NCBI GenBank assembly: GCA_036630325.1
Contig: CP142726.1
Coordinates: 558,001 to 622,000 of the forward strand
DNA from: Vairimorpha necatrix
Taxonomy: Eukaryota
Direction: 5' to 3'
Length of the DNA: 64,000 nt
The notes beneath the pieces are model-generated. The model did not search any database and had not been told where the DNA came from. It saw nothing but the letters and a program-made list of their open reading frames with translations. The translations under genes were made by a program, and so were the position numbers. Of this stretch, positions 1 to 13,970 are shown in pieces; position 1 is the first letter of the stretch; each line of letters opens with the position of its first letter.

Positions 1-3000
1 CCTGATCACGTTAACAGGCCCATGTCTGGTAAGATCTCTTCCATGATGAACTTAGCAATTTCATATGCCGATTTATGTTTGATGGCCTTCGCTTCCACCC
101 ATTTAGTTACATAATCAGTAGCTACTATGATAAATCGTTTTCCAGAGGCGCACTTAGGCAGGGGTCCTATGCAGTCGATTCCTATCATTTTGAATGCTGA
201 CTCAAGAACCGTGGGGAAAGATCGAAATTTTTTTCGTGGCTTCTAATGTTTGATGCATGTCTGGCAGCCTCTAACAACCTTCCGAATGGGTACCCTAAAA
301 TTCGCCTACAGGCGAATTTACGGGGTTTCGCCAAAAGTTCAAAAATGGTTGTTTTCGCCAAAAATTTTTCCTTTTTTCGCCGAAAATCTACCCTTAAAAA
401 AATAACCGACAACTTGAAATTTTTAAAGGTCAACGGGAGGGCAAAATCTTATCTATGAAGATCAGATATACACTTTAGACTACAATAAGGACGGCACTGG
501 GCGATGGAGGCGCAATAATAGGTCTTGTAGAGGAGCCATTACAATGAATGAACAAAACGAAATCGTTAAAAAAGTTACTCATTCACATGAACCAGTACCT
601 GAGAAATGCATGTTTAAAAGAACTATCAAAAAAATAAAAGAACAAGTTGCTACAAGTAATGAAATACCCTAGAAATAATAAAAAACAACTCCCAGAATTG
701 TCAACCAGCTTAGATATTAATAAAATGCCTTCCATAGAATATTTAAGAGATACAATTAAACGAACAAGAAATTCAAGACTCGGATTTATAACTGGTTGCA
801 TTATGGATATACCCGAAGTCTTGCAAGTAGATTCTAAAAATCGTTAAATTAGATTTGATAGTGGTATGCAGGATAATGATATATTTATAATATTTTTTTC
901 AGAATTCAAAAAAAGTATGATTGAAAAAATAGACACGTTTGTTGTCGATGGAACGTTTAAATCTTCTCCTCGGGGGTTTTACCAAATTGTTGTCTTTCAT
1001 GAACATATATTTGGCAAAAGTTTTCCATACATTTATATTTTACTTAAGGGAAAAAGTGAAAGGTCATATTCTAGAGCCTTCGATAAATGTAAGGAATTAG
1101 TTACTCTGAATGTTGAGAACTTTGTGACTGATTTCGAGAGAGGATTGGTCAATGCATTACGAATGTCTTTCCCTGAAGCAAACTGTAATGGATGCTTGTT
1201 TCATCTTGGGCAGGCAGCCTATAAAAGAGTCGGGGCAATAAGGGACATAAAAAAGTTTAAAAATGATTCTAACTATAATCTAGTTTTCAAAAAGATTCTT
1301 AGATTAGCTTTTGTGCCAATACGAGATGTTCGGGTTTTTTATAAAGATATTAAGATATTTATACAAGATAATTCAATTACAACCACAGCTAACTTTCAGT
1401 TATACTTTAAAAATAATTATTCTGTTTTCTATGTAACAAGAGAAGATAATGGTGGGAGAGCTGTCGCCAATATAAATTTTTGGAATGTATTTGATAGGGT
1501 AAAAAATGAAATTCCTCGGACTTCTAACATTGCAGAAAGCGGGAATAAAACCATAAACAAGAGGATGGAGACAAGAAATCCAAATATCGCTCTTTTTATT
1601 TCAAGAATACTCGATTGTGAATAAATGGATATATATAATCTAAAACGTTATAAAAAAGGATTATTTGAAGCTAAAAAAACCCAAAAAGCGGCGGAAAAAA
1701 ATAGAATAATTATTAAAAATTATAAACATTATTCTCGTGAAGAGTACATGAATGCTTTACTGCAACACGTAAATTTCAAATGCGAATAATTTCATTCTCT
1801 AAACCTATTTTAATTTAAACGCTTTTTTTATAACCAATAAATTTTTAAATTATAATAAAGCTTTTAAAATCTTTTATTTCTTTCTTTCTTAATACCAATA
1901 AATTTTTTTTATATTTTTTGGCGAAAACCGTAAATTCGCCTGTAAGCGAATTTACGGTTACCGCCGTGGGGAAAGATCGAAATTTTTTTCGTGGCTTTTG
2001 ATGTTCGATGCATGTCTGGCAGCCTCTAACAACCTTCCGAATTTCGTCTTTCGTTTTCCTTCTATCCCATCCTGTGCTTTTAAAAACAACTGGGTCGCTT
2101 TAACGCCTCCGTGTCCTATGTGCTCATGGGCTTCCCGAATCGTTTTCTTTCGTTCTTCTTTCTCGTCCAGACTTTCTAACTTCAATGTGTAAGCTTGTAC
2201 CCGTGATAAGCAGTCGTGCAATATGTGAGTCTTGCCCTCTTTATACTCTATCCTGAACCTGAGAGCACTAAGAAACATTAGCCATCTCGCAATCCGACCT
2301 TGAGGGTTCTTTACTTTATATAGCCACATTAATGGCTTGTGATCGCTTCTTAAGATAAATTCCTCGTGTAAGTACATCTTGAAGGTTTTTATTGCGTAGA
2401 TTATTGCTAAGGCTTCCTTTTCAAGTGTCGTATAGTTTCTTTCGTGCTTATTTAGTACCCTGCTGGTGCATCGTATCGTAACTTCCTTACCTTCCTGCAC
2501 CTGCTTTAATGCACCACCAAGACAGAAGTCAGAGACATCCGCTTCGATTATAAAAGGCTTGTCCATGTTCAATAGAGACGACCATGGAGAACTTATGGGC
2601 TCCATCCGCATAGCATCTATGTCGTCATTGGCTTTTTGCGAGATTTGACCTTTCTCATTTATAATTCGGTAGACCTCTGCAGCTTTTCGGCTGAAATCTG
2701 GTATAAACATTCTATAGAAACCTAATAGTCTAATGGCTGATTGTAGTTGTTTTACGGTTTTAATTTCAATTCAATTTTCCAGTGGACCTAATCTTTCTTT
2801 GTCCGGTGTAATCTTTCCTGACACGATAGTATAGCCTAGTATTTCTATCATTCTAATCATAAGATTACTTTTCTCCATGTTGACTTTTAGTTTATTGCTG
2901 GCTAAGACGTCCAACTCCTCGCGCAGGTCTTTCTCGTGCGATTCCTTGTCCTTCGAGTAGACGAATATGTCATCGAGGTAAACTACCGTAGTCCGGTTCA

Positions 3001-4856
3001 ATTAGTTTCTAAAAATCTTGTACATTAAACTTTGAAACGTAGCTGGAGCATTCGTTAATCCGAAGGGCATTCTCACGAATTTGAACTTGCCCGAAGAGGT
3101 CATGAAAGCAGTATATTCTTTCGATTCCTTCCCCATCGGGATCTGGTAATATTCTTTTTCTAGGTCAAGTTGGGAGTATATCTTTGCACCGCTCAGATAT
3201 GTTAAACATTCTTCGATCAGAGGTGGCTGACATACTAACTTTACAGTAATCTAGTTAAGTTCTCTAAAATCTATACACAATCGTTTCTTCCCATCTCGTT
3301 TTACGACACTACTATTGGAGAACTCAATCTACTAGTACTCTCCTCTATGATACCTTCTTTTAAAAGACGTGATACTTCCTCTCGAACAAAATTCCTCTTG
3401 TCTATACTTAATGGATAATTTCTTTTATACATAATCTTAGGTGTGTTTAATTGTATCTTATGTTCAACAAAGTTCGCAGGAGATTTGCATGTCAAGTAAT
3501 TTGATTCATATTCGCGTAAAAGCTTCTGTTTAACGGATATTTTCTTATCCGAAGGCAATTTTTTTAATACGGCTACTGAGATGTAAGTTTTTGGAAATGA
3601 GCAAGACTTAATAATTTTATTATTGATCACAATTGTTTGGTCGTCGTAGTTCATTCGTATTCCGTGGTCTTCATAAAATCTCTTCCCACAATGACGTCGA
3701 AGTTAAGGTCCTTTACCACAAGCAAGTCGGCTTTATAGAGTTTCCTTGTATCACTAATCTTGTTCTTATCATTTCATCGATCCGAGAATAGAAGGTAGTG
3801 GTTGTTAGTACGGATTCCTCAGTTTTCTCGACAGTTCTGTTTCCTATCAGCCGCCTGTTTATGAAAGAATGCGACGCACCGCTATCGAATAGTATTCTAA
3901 CAGGGGTAGTATTGAGGTGTCCTTTGATCGTGGTAAATTCATTGTCTTCTTGAGACTGAATGTCTTCTATTGACATTACCTTCTTGGGATTATTTTTAAA
4001 GCAATCCTTATACAAATGTTCTCCGCCGCACTTAAAGCAAATAAGTTTTTTTCTTTCGTTGTCTTCTGTTTTGGATGGGGGAGCCTTTGTCTGATCGGCC
4101 CACTACTCTCTGTTATCTACTTGCCATTTTCGAATGTGACGTCTCAATGAATTTTTTATTTCTCTCGTACCAGTCGAGGAGTTCTTCTCAAGATTCTGTT
4201 GCTTCGGCCCTTTCTCTCAAGGCTAATGGAAAGTGTTTTGCTATTTCCTCGATTAGGTCTTTGACTTCAATATTCGCTCTCTTGTTCAAAATCATCAGAT
4301 CATGTATAAAATCTTCAATGCTTCCTTGCATTGGACCTTCATAAACTTTCTTATAGATAATTTTAATTGGATTCGCGTTCTGCTTCAGCTCTTCCTTCCC
4401 AAATTTATTTAGAAATTTTAGTTTAACTTCCGCAAAAGAAGTACAGTTATCTTCGATTCCGGCTTCGAACCATTTTAGTGCTGATTCAGTTAGAAATTTT
4501 TTAGCATAAGCGAGAATTTTCTCATTTTTCCATTCACCTTCTAAGTATTTGAATTGATTTATCCATGGCCATGCATTGTTGTTTGATTTGCCATTGTAGG
4601 ATATCATTCTGAGTCCAGTGTTAACGCCAAGTTTTTCTAATAAATGTTCCATTGTCGTTGGATTCGCAAAGTTGTCGCCAGTGTTACCTGAAGGCGTTGA
4701 TAGGGTAGTCTTGAGGCTTGGTATTTGAGAAAGAATTCTTTTTAAGAGACATATTATTTATTTATATAATTTCTTTATATAGTTTTATTCTCAGCCTGAA
4801 ACATTTAAAAATTTTGTTTCAGTCCTTCATTGGTGCCGCAAGTGATGGCGGTAACA
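1..4856 (-). mobile_element. Decayed Ty3/Gypsy LTR retrotransposon; 5' LTR 4682-4856, 3' part runs off the window start; interrupted by a MULE
   Basis: Minus-strand fragments in Ty3 order: gag (4188-4652), protease LFDSGA (3713-4015), RT YLDD (2771-3001), RNase H (1958-2710), integrase IDCIGP..TDYVTKW (6-188). The 175-bp LTR is bounded by TGTTACC...GGTAACA and followed by PBS-like TGGCGAC. Confidence 0.92.
288..1963 (+). mobile_element. MULE/Mutator-type DNA transposon with FLYWCH N-terminus, frameshifted
   Basis: ORF 866-1624 has DGTF, TDFE, GCLFHL and RTSNIAES motifs; upstream FLYWCH-like segment; TIRs GGGTACCC.. / ..GGTTACCG with internal AAATTCGCC..GCGAATTT hairpin. Confidence 0.93.
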
Positions 4857-5901
4857 CTAACAAAAATATTTTTTTGAAAATTTCGGCATAAGTTTCGATA
4901 TTTTTGTCTTTTAGATATTTACTTCTAAATTGGAATTCATATATAAAATCTTCCATATTCACCTTCATTATTCCTCTTCTTGTTCTTAATTCTGTTTTTA
5001 AATGACTCCATAGATTCTCTATTTTATTATTATGATGTCCATACTCATTAGTAAAGCCAACACTATGATTAACAACTTCATGAACAGATCCGAAGTCACG
5101 AACAGCAGAACGGTAAGATGCAAAACCATCAGTTCTTATTATCGTTCCTTCGACAACATACTCCTTAAAAAGCTCTACCATCACAGCCGCAGTCCTATTA
5201 GAAACAATTTTTAGAAAACAGTCCCTATCTTCATTTTCTATACCCCCCCCCAACCAACCAAGTCGTTCTAGGTATATCATCTTCCTCTGTAGATGGATTC
5301 GTAATTATACGACCTCTACAGATTGCTGTTTCGTCAACCTGAATAGTTTTACCTATTCCTCTTATTTTAAAAAAATGTATTTATTTCATTTTTTATTTTT
5401 TCAAGGATGACTCCCCTGAAAGAAATATATGTGGGCTCGGAGACCTCGCATATTACTGAGGCCATGGGGTTAGTCATTTTCATTACCTAACAATACATCA
5501 TTCTAAGGGGTATATGTGTGGGCATTCAAGACTTCTGGAGAAAAGTACCATTTTTGATACTTTTCCTCTTTTTGCAGCCATTCGTGCAATAAAAGCAGAT
5601 TCCTTTCAGTAATTTTTGGACTTGACTTGGTTCATAAAACAACCACAGTCACACTTTACAGTATGTCTGTAGAAGTTTAAAGCCTTAAAGTATTCTATGG
5701 CTGCTTCCTCTTCAACAAATATTATGCTGTAGAGGTTCTTTACTTGCATTAGGGGTAAAAAATTAAAATTCAAAAAAAATCGCTTTCCTTAAATTCAAAA
5801 TCATGGGGGGATTTGGAATTTTTTTTGTAGAATTTTTACAATACATGTTCGCGGGTTTTTTAATTTTTTTAACCCCAGTGATTTTGAATTTAAGGGGCGC
5901 C
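4857..5901 (-). mobile_element. Merlin (ISXO2/IS1595-like) transposon, cut by the Gypsy insertion
   Basis: ORF 4819-5280 with TDGFASY, VNHS and NKIENLWS motifs; QVDET motif upstream; GG-starting terminus at 5901. Confidence 0.88.
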
Positions 5902-6085
5902 AATTGAAGTGCAAAAAAGAGAAGGAAGCATTAGCACTTGACTTAATTACATCTTTAAACAATAAAAATACTAAATAAAAATGTTATTGTATATAAAATT
6001 GAAATTTAAAAGAATAATTACTATGAAACTATATAGCTTCGAATAATTCGCCATGTATTGTATGCATTTTTTTGACTCAATAATC

Positions 6086-7124
6086 GGCGCTTCTCCGTTT
6101 TGCTGCCCCATTTTATTGGGGGCAGCAAAACGGGGAAAAGCAAAAATTTAATAATTTTTATTTTTTTATAAAAAGCCCCAAAAATGACAAAAATAAACTT
6201 TTATAATTATAGACATCCTTTGTTTTCCAGTCTTGCCTCATATAAAGACTACATGATAGAGACTGGAATTATTAATTTGATTAGACGATGTGGTTCTTGT
6301 GATCATATTGTTGCAAAGCTTACAATATTATTGGAAAGGGGAAAGGAAAGATTAGTTTATAGGTGTATGAGAGAAGAATGCAGGGCAAAAAAAAGCTTTT
6401 TACCTGGCATTAAATTATCATTTGAAATTTATCTTTTTGTTGTGTTCTTGGTCCTTTGTAACAGCAATTATAGATCAATTAAATGTTTAACGTGTGTGTC
6501 AAATGACACTATTTTAAAAAAAAGCTTAAATTGAGGGAATATATTAGAAAGCAATTGGAAACCGATTGCAAAATCGGTGGATCGGGAGTTCAAGTTGATG
6601 AAACTGTACTGTGTAGAAGAGGAACTTCTAGAGTTCCATCTAGAGCAGATGATGGAATTAAAGATACTGTATGGATTTGGGGGTTAATAGAAGCTGTAGA
6701 TAGAAAAAATATTTGCATAGTACAAGTTCCGGATCGAAAGATAAATACTTTAACAAATATAATTGAGATATAGTCTTACCGGGATCAGTTCTTATTTCGG
6801 ATGGCCATCCTAGTTATCCCGGTGTAGCAGCGAATCTAAAACTCAAACACATTATTGTAAATCATTCGATAGGATTTACTAATGAAGAAGGTTTTCATAC
6901 TAATAATATTGAGAATTTTTCGTCTATTATGCAATCTGAAATGACTAAACAGCACGAAGTAAAACGTGTGAATATCGAATCTTGGCTCGAAGAATTTACT
7001 TTTAGAAAATTTTTTTTAAATAATGTATTGAAGAATGAGGAAATGGATGTTTTTTTTGATTTTATTAAATTTATTTTTTTTTTGCTGCCCCATTTTTTTT
7101 GGGGCAGCAAAACGGAGAAGCACC
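6086..7124 (+). mobile_element. Merlin transposon, frameshifted
   Basis: TIRs GGCGCTTCTCCGTTTTGCTGCCCCA; 8-bp TSD CAATAATC; QVDET, SDGHPSY, VNHS and TNNIEN motifs. Confidence 0.95.
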
Positions 7125-7150
7125 CAATAATCTGTCTGGATTGTAGAACA

Positions 7151-8619
7151 GGTTAAATTGCGATGTTACCCCCTCCCCTAAAAAAATAAAAAAAAGGGAA
7201 AAACTAAAAAAGGAATAAAATTATACCCCTAAAATAAACATAAAGAATTTTAGAAAATTAATATATAAAAAAGAGGAATTATTTTTATTTCTTCTTAAAC
7301 AAAAAATTTTAAAGGTACCAATGTGCAATAAGTGCATGACCCCCATGACCTAAATTAGAAATAATTTGGACAAATATCGTTGTTACTTACGACGAAATAG
7401 GAGAAAATGCCCAAACAAAGGTAACATTTATAAAGAAAGCATTTTTAAAAGTTCTAGATTAGATATCGAAGATCTTTTAATTTTGCTGTGTGAATGGGTT
7501 AAAGGTGTAAGCAATGTTGTGGCTACTATCGAATGGGATATAGATAGTAGTACCGTATCTCTCTGGTGTACGCGGGCATAACGCCGTATTCTTATCCTAT
7601 TTCAACTACCTTCAAAACAAAACCACAGGAGGTTTAAATTGCGTAGTTGAAATAGACGAGACATTGCTTGTTAAAAGATATAACCATAACGGTAGAATGC
7701 TTTAATACCAAATTTGAGCTGTTGCTGGAGTTGTAAGAAGAGACGGCAATTCTTTTTTTTCGAAATTGTTGAAAATCGTTCAAGAACTACTCTTTTCGAT
7801 TTAATAAAACGAAAAATCACACTCAGATCTACAATTATTACTGATTGTTGGCGGGGTTATGAAGGGTTTTCGGAACTATGTCCGGATTGTAACTATTTAC
7901 ATTTAACTGTAAATCATAGCCAAAATTTTGTAAATTCAACAACAGGCGCCACACCCAAACAATTGAGAGAATGTGTTCTGTAATTAAAAGGGAATTGCGC
8001 AAAGAAGGAACAAGTTTTGGTTCTTGTGGTATAATGGATCATACCATATGAATGTTAAAAACCACATAATACTTTAACGCCGATGCTTCTTCGGAACGAT
8101 CAGTTATGGTCGACTATTATTGGTCAGCCAAATCTTATTTCACTTCTATTGGTTACCATGTATATAAATAAAGAAATTCCATGAACAACATGGTGCAACA
8201 TCAGAACGCAAACAAACACTCTTCCTTCTACAAATCAGATAAACAAAACTCTTTTCATAACAATAAACAATCCTTTCACTCTAACTCTTTTAACTCCGGT
8301 TTTCACTGCTCCCCAAACCGTAGCATCATTGAATGCTTCCTTGCCACAGGCAAGCTCCCCGGTAAACACGCCAGTTCTTTAATGAATCTAATTCGAAAAC
8401 TTTAAATAGCTCGTTTTAAGTATATTTATAAAGAATCACTACTTGAAAGAATGTTATGCTTTTTTGAAGCTCAAAATATATGGTTTGTAAATTACGATTT
8501 AGTCCCTGAATTTGATTTTGAATTAATTGAATAAATTTTAGTTTTGTCTTTTTTTTTTATTTTCCCCCCTTTTTTTATTTTTTTTTTTTTGGGGGGGGGG
8601 GCAACATCGCAACTTAACC
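7151..8619 (+). mobile_element. Merlin transposon, decayed, containing a solo LTR
   Basis: TIRs GGTTAA(A/G)TTGCGATGTT; 9-bp TSD TG(T/A)AGAACA; VEIDET, TDCWRGY and VNHS motifs. Confidence 0.9.
8025..8373 (+). mobile_element. Solo LTR (same family as 36522-36855)
   Basis: TG...CA ends; 5-bp TSD GTTCT; homologous to 36522-36855 and part of 62762-63468. Confidence 0.8.
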
Positions 8620-8814
8620 TGAAGAACATTATTTAATTTTTCTTATATTAATGGTACTTCTATTTTAAATAATTGGTTTATTATTAAAGAGTTGTTATGC
8701 AAAAATCTTCTCTTATAATAAACTAACAAATAAAAAAAAATTGGACGAAATAAAAAATGTTTACTCACTTGTATGATTGTAATGATTGATTTAAAAATAA
8801 TATTTATATGATGT

Positions 8815-9067
8815 TGTGGTATTTCTCAGCGGGACCTTCCCAGTACTGAGAAAACTCTCTACTATATTTGTTATAGTGTTTTGATTATGTTTAATATAAT
8901 TTTTACTGTGGTTAATATATTTATTGTTATTATGGTTCTTGTTCATTCTCTCTGAAATACTTGCCCCTAAACAAATTATTTTTATTTATACAAAAAATAA
9001 TTCTAGAAAATTCGTTGAGATTTTTGACATCTCAACAATTCAAAAATCCCATGTGGTTAATACCACA
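8815..9067. mobile_element. Solo LTR
   Basis: TGTGGT...ACCACA ends; 5-bp TSD GATGT; absent from the matching right-arm site (~36465). Confidence 0.85.
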
Positions 9068-9802
9068 GATGTATATTTGTTTATAGTTTTTTATATCATA
9101 AGGGCTTTGTTATTTTTGTATCCTTCCAGCTCCTGCTACTTTGTACTTCATTTTTGGAGTTCAAAAAAATGAAGTGAACACTCATAGATGAAAGATAAAG
9201 TATGAACATCTATAGCCTATATTTATTTATTTTATAATTTCTGTTTTTTGCAAGGGACAACTCGACCGACCGACCGAATGGTCTATTCTAAAAAATTATG
9301 TACTTTATAAGTTTATTAATTATCATATACAATACAATGCTAGGCAAAATAACGACAACTACAATTATCCTTTGAACTCAAGACTAAGAAAGGGCTTCTC
9401 GTTAAGAGACCAGACTCTCATATAAAAGGAAGAACATGCTCATCAGCACAATAAACTGATAAATTATATAGAACTGTGTTTGTCTAGAGGTAGCTCTTCT
9501 TTATGTCGTCAATTTGAATTTAAAGACGAATCAAATAGTAAATACGAAAATAGAATTCCATGTCTAATACAGAGAATTTGACTTTAATATCACAGGATCA
9601 AACGTTTAACGTATAGAAAAATAAAAATTAACAACCTCCCCATTAATTTCAATATTGGAATTACAAAGTTTGAGAATCCAGCGTAGGCCAATGTCTGGAA
9701 TAATTCACAAGGGGAAGAATATATGGAACCATGTTAGTTGGCGGTCGAGTTTTAAACACCCAGTCTAATAAATCATATTGAAACCAATAGCGGCATCATC
9801 AG

Positions 9803-10549
9803 TGTTGAGAATATATATTTAATAAATTTAACCCTTAACTTACAACTATCTTTAACATGGTGGAGAATAAAATTATTGAACCCAAACAAAAAAACAAAAG
9901 AAGAGGTTGTAAGTTACGCCGAGGCATGAGACGTAAAAAATCGCAGTATATGTTAGAATGGGGATGGTTGGTTGTCTAACAGAAGAGAAGGTATGACTTG
10001 CATCAGTCGAGGGGCCCGGATAGGTGGAGAATGAGAGTAGCTATGAAGAGCTATGGAGAAACAGTATTGACTGTAATAAGATCTGGCATAAGAGTTGTCG
10101 AGATTGAGTGTAGTGGTAATCCCACTATTCACATTAAAGCTATCGTGGCAAGATAGCTGAACCACAGTGTTCAAAAATCTAGAGAGATTTAAAAAGAGAA
10201 GAAAATTAAAATGAAAGTCTGTTGTAGTCGAAGAATGAGATAGACGGATAAAATCCAATTCCATTGTTGGAATACATGTGAAAAGAATAATCACATGCCC
10301 ATAGACTTATGTATTATAACAAGGAAAGAAACTACCGCAAAGACCAATACTAGAAGGGATAATAAGACGCGGTAGATAAAGCGCAGCATATGGCCAGTTA
10401 ACATAAAAATGCACTTTTATTTTTAGAGCGAAGTATTAAACTTAGGAAGTAGTAAAGATAATTACATCTCTCAGTTCTAAATTTAGCGCGGGCATGTTGA
10501 GAATATATATTTAATAAATTTAACCCTTAACTTACAATTAACTTTAACA
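9803..10549 (+). mobile_element. Non-autonomous miniature LTR element (TRIM-like), 55-bp LTRs
   Basis: LTRs 9803-9857 and 10495-10549 (TGTTGA...TTAACA, 2 mismatches); PBS TGGTGGAGAAT; TSD ATCAG/ACCAG; no pol motifs inside. Confidence 0.9.
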
Positions 10550-12956
10550 ACCAGAAACATGAGATTCGGAATTGCACAGGAGCTAGAAGATGTTAAGCAG
10601 TGCAACCACGCATACCTGGAAGATTATGTGAAGATCATATTTCAAAAGTTAGAGGGCTGCAGTTTTTCAAATAAATTTAATAAACAAAAAATCATGAGAA
10701 AATTTTCAGAGGTATTTTTTAAAGGACTGGTAGCAGACAGGGATGGAACAATGTAGGAATGGGGTTATTACACGGACCTTTCATGGGTTATTGCTTATCT
10801 AAAGAATTTAGAATTTACAATTTTTGTCCAATTAGGAAGACAAAAAAATAATGGGTATATACCATATGAAACAAGAAAAATTTGCAAATCAAGGAATTCT
10901 TATTGTGGTGTGCACAAGAGCTTTCTACAATACAAGTAATTGTAGACATCAGAACAATCACAAGGGTATTAAAGATAAATAGATACAATCCTAAGAATAA
11001 ACAAAAAAAACGGCTATACAGCTAGAAAGAATAAACGTCAGAAATAAGTGCAAATATTAGGAAGTTTAAACAGTAATAGTTACATATTGTTAATAGATAC
11101 TGGTTTACATTTAAATTTTCTAAGTGAACAAGTGGTCAATATGAATAATTATATAGTTGAGCTTTGTCAACCTTCCACTCTATATTTTGAATGTAAAAGG
11201 ACAAATAACTAACACTAAAGCCAGAATACGAATAAGTCTGTACAAATATTATCACGGGAATTGGTTACTTTACTATTATAAATTGTCCAAAGGATTCACT
11301 TCTAGCAGCTGAGTGGTTGAAACAGAATAAACCCCACATTTGACTTTACAAACCAATCACTTATTAACAGAAAAGAATAAATTCCCTTTATTAACGCGTT
11401 ATCAAACACGGATTAGATAGAATGAAAGATATAATAATTTATTTTTATGTCTTTCATTGAGGAAATTTATGTTTCTTACTTTGGAAATTATAAGAACCTC
11501 AATGATGTATTTTCCTCTATTAAATGTATGAAGCTCGATTAATGATTTTAAAAAGTCAATATAATTCGACATACATTCTAAAGTATAGCTTTAAAATATT
11601 TTGAAAGAGGAAGAAAGGAAGTTAAAAGATTAATCGACGAAGGCATTATAGAAAAGTCCAGACCATTTTTGCAAGTCCTGGTCATTCCATAGAAAAATCT
11701 TGTGAACTAAGACGGAGTAAAAATATATAAAGGGATAAAAAATCACAACGCAGATCACATTTTTTCAATACAAAATATAGGTGACTTAATACTGAGGCAT
11801 AGGAAGAAATACGTACATCTCGTAAATAGTTTAAAAACGGATTCAACCTGATCAAAATTCAGAAAGAAAGTAGAGATTTGACATCAATTATGATTATGGG
11901 AGTCCAACGTCGATACAAACGTGTATCTTTGGCATCAAACCGAGTCCAAAAAAATTTACAAGATACATTTCTGAAATATTACACGAAATGGATAACTGCT
12001 TCATAGACATGGCCGATATTGATTATTCACAAAAAACACCGGAAGCACATAGCAAATTAATCATAAATGAATGAACAAACTGAAAGAACAATTTTTTTTT
12101 AAAAAATTTAGACAAGTAACTTTATGAAAAATAACATCGCGTACTAGAAAATACTATCAATGCCCATGGTGCGTTTGCAACTAATAAATCGATTTATAAT
12201 TGAATATTGGCCAAAAGCTAGAAAATCGAAACAAATTACAAGAACTATTATGGACAATTGGATTGAACAGAAAATTCCTACCAAAATTGTCAACAAAATT
12301 ACTTCCATCAACAAACATGCTGCAACAAGAAGTAAAAACGGAATTACCCCTGCAAATTAAAACATTATCAAGGATATAAGCGAATTTATTATAATTCAAG
12401 CAAAATTAATCTGCTTAAATTGCACAAAGTCATTCATCTTAAAATGTGATGCTTCTGATATAGAGATAGGTTGTGTACTGTATCAAGAGGTTGAACCAAT
12501 TGGATATTTATTAGACTATTTGAGAAAGTTGAACTAAATTATATTATTTTTAAAAAAGGAATATCTTGAAATACTTTTATCACTGACATACTTTAAAGGT
12601 TTCTTCAAGGAAATTTCTAGAAGTCGGAAAAGATAGTAAACATTGCTTACACGGGATGAAACTAGAAACTGCAAGAGTGTATCGTTAGAAGCTAATTCTA
12701 TCTGCGTTTAGCCATAAATTGATATCCGTAGAAGCCAAGAAAATATAAGAGCAGATAATTTATCGAGATGCTTCACAATTTTTACAAACAATGGAAATGG
12801 CTACATAAAAATGGTTAAAATACAATAATAAGTGATAAAAATTAAAGGATAAATAAGTAAAAAGGGGAAGATTTTTATGCAACCAAACAAAGTAAAACAC
12901 TGCTGTATAACTACATCATGAACGAGGCCTCAGAGGAATTTCAACAATGTACAATA

Positions 12957-13970
12957 GGCTAAAGTTAGCTTTAGGACGCAAATTTCGATATAGGGGTTTT
13001 TTGTTTTTTTTGCCCTTTTTAAAAAAAATGGAAGAAAGAATAACTTTAAGAGCAGAATTAGAAACAGTGTATGAAAATTTAATTACTAAAAAACAAATTC
13101 AGATTTGCAGTGTGTGTGTGATAATAGAATGAGGTTCATGAGAAAACATAGTTGTGTTTTAATTTGTACCTGGAAAGATTGTAAGAAGCAAACATCAGTA
13201 TGGACGAATACTCTTTTTGAAAACTCAAACTCGATCATATCACAATTTTGCAGGTACTAAATTTGTGAATTCTTGGCCAGTCTCGTGAATTTATTTGCCA
13301 AATTCTCTGTTGTTCAAAACCTTCGATATCTTTTTCAATTGAAAAAATTAAAGGAATTAAACCTCTTTGCTAAATATTTATCATCTTTAAACAAGATATG
13401 AGAAGATATCATTGTTGAAATGGATGAAACTAAAATTGGAAAAAAATAAATTTAACAGAGGAAAATCAGTGAAGGGTTTTATGGTTTCGGCATAATAGAA
13501 CGTACTATCGAACGTAATATTGTGGTTCTATATATCAAAAAAGAGATAAAGAAACTCTTACAGATTTCTTATTAAAATTCGTTAATACAAAAAGCACTAT
13601 ATATAGTGATATGTGGAGGGCTTATCATTCTTTGGGCACCTTATTTAAAAAAATTATATGGTAAACCACTCGTTAAACTTTCGAGATCCAAATACTGGAG
13701 TACACACCAATACCATTGAAGGTAATTAAAGTTCACTCAAAAATTTCATACCTAACAGAAATAGATCAAAAAACGTACGGAATCTTTATTTACTTAGGTA
13801 TATGCTCCAGAAAAATTCATCTAATTCTGTTTCGATGCAATATTAAATTTATTGTTTAATTTTAAATTTTGTTCCTTCCTCTACATTTTCTTTCTTCCAT
13901 TTTTTTAAAAAAAGGGCCAAAAAATCAAAAAACCCTACATCGAAATTTGCGTCCTAAGCTAACTTTAGCC
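12957..13970 (+). mobile_element. Merlin transposon, decayed
   Basis: Long TIRs GGCTAAAGTTAGC..; VEMDET, SDMWRAY, VNHS and HTNTIEGN motifs. Confidence 0.9.

Noticed and set aside
4857-7124. Bacterial IS1595/IS630 elements, i.e. a prokaryotic contig
   Set aside because: Interleaved with LTR retrotransposons, MULEs and a C2H2 gene; no operons or bacterial genes. Eukaryotic Merlin and Tc1 fit better.
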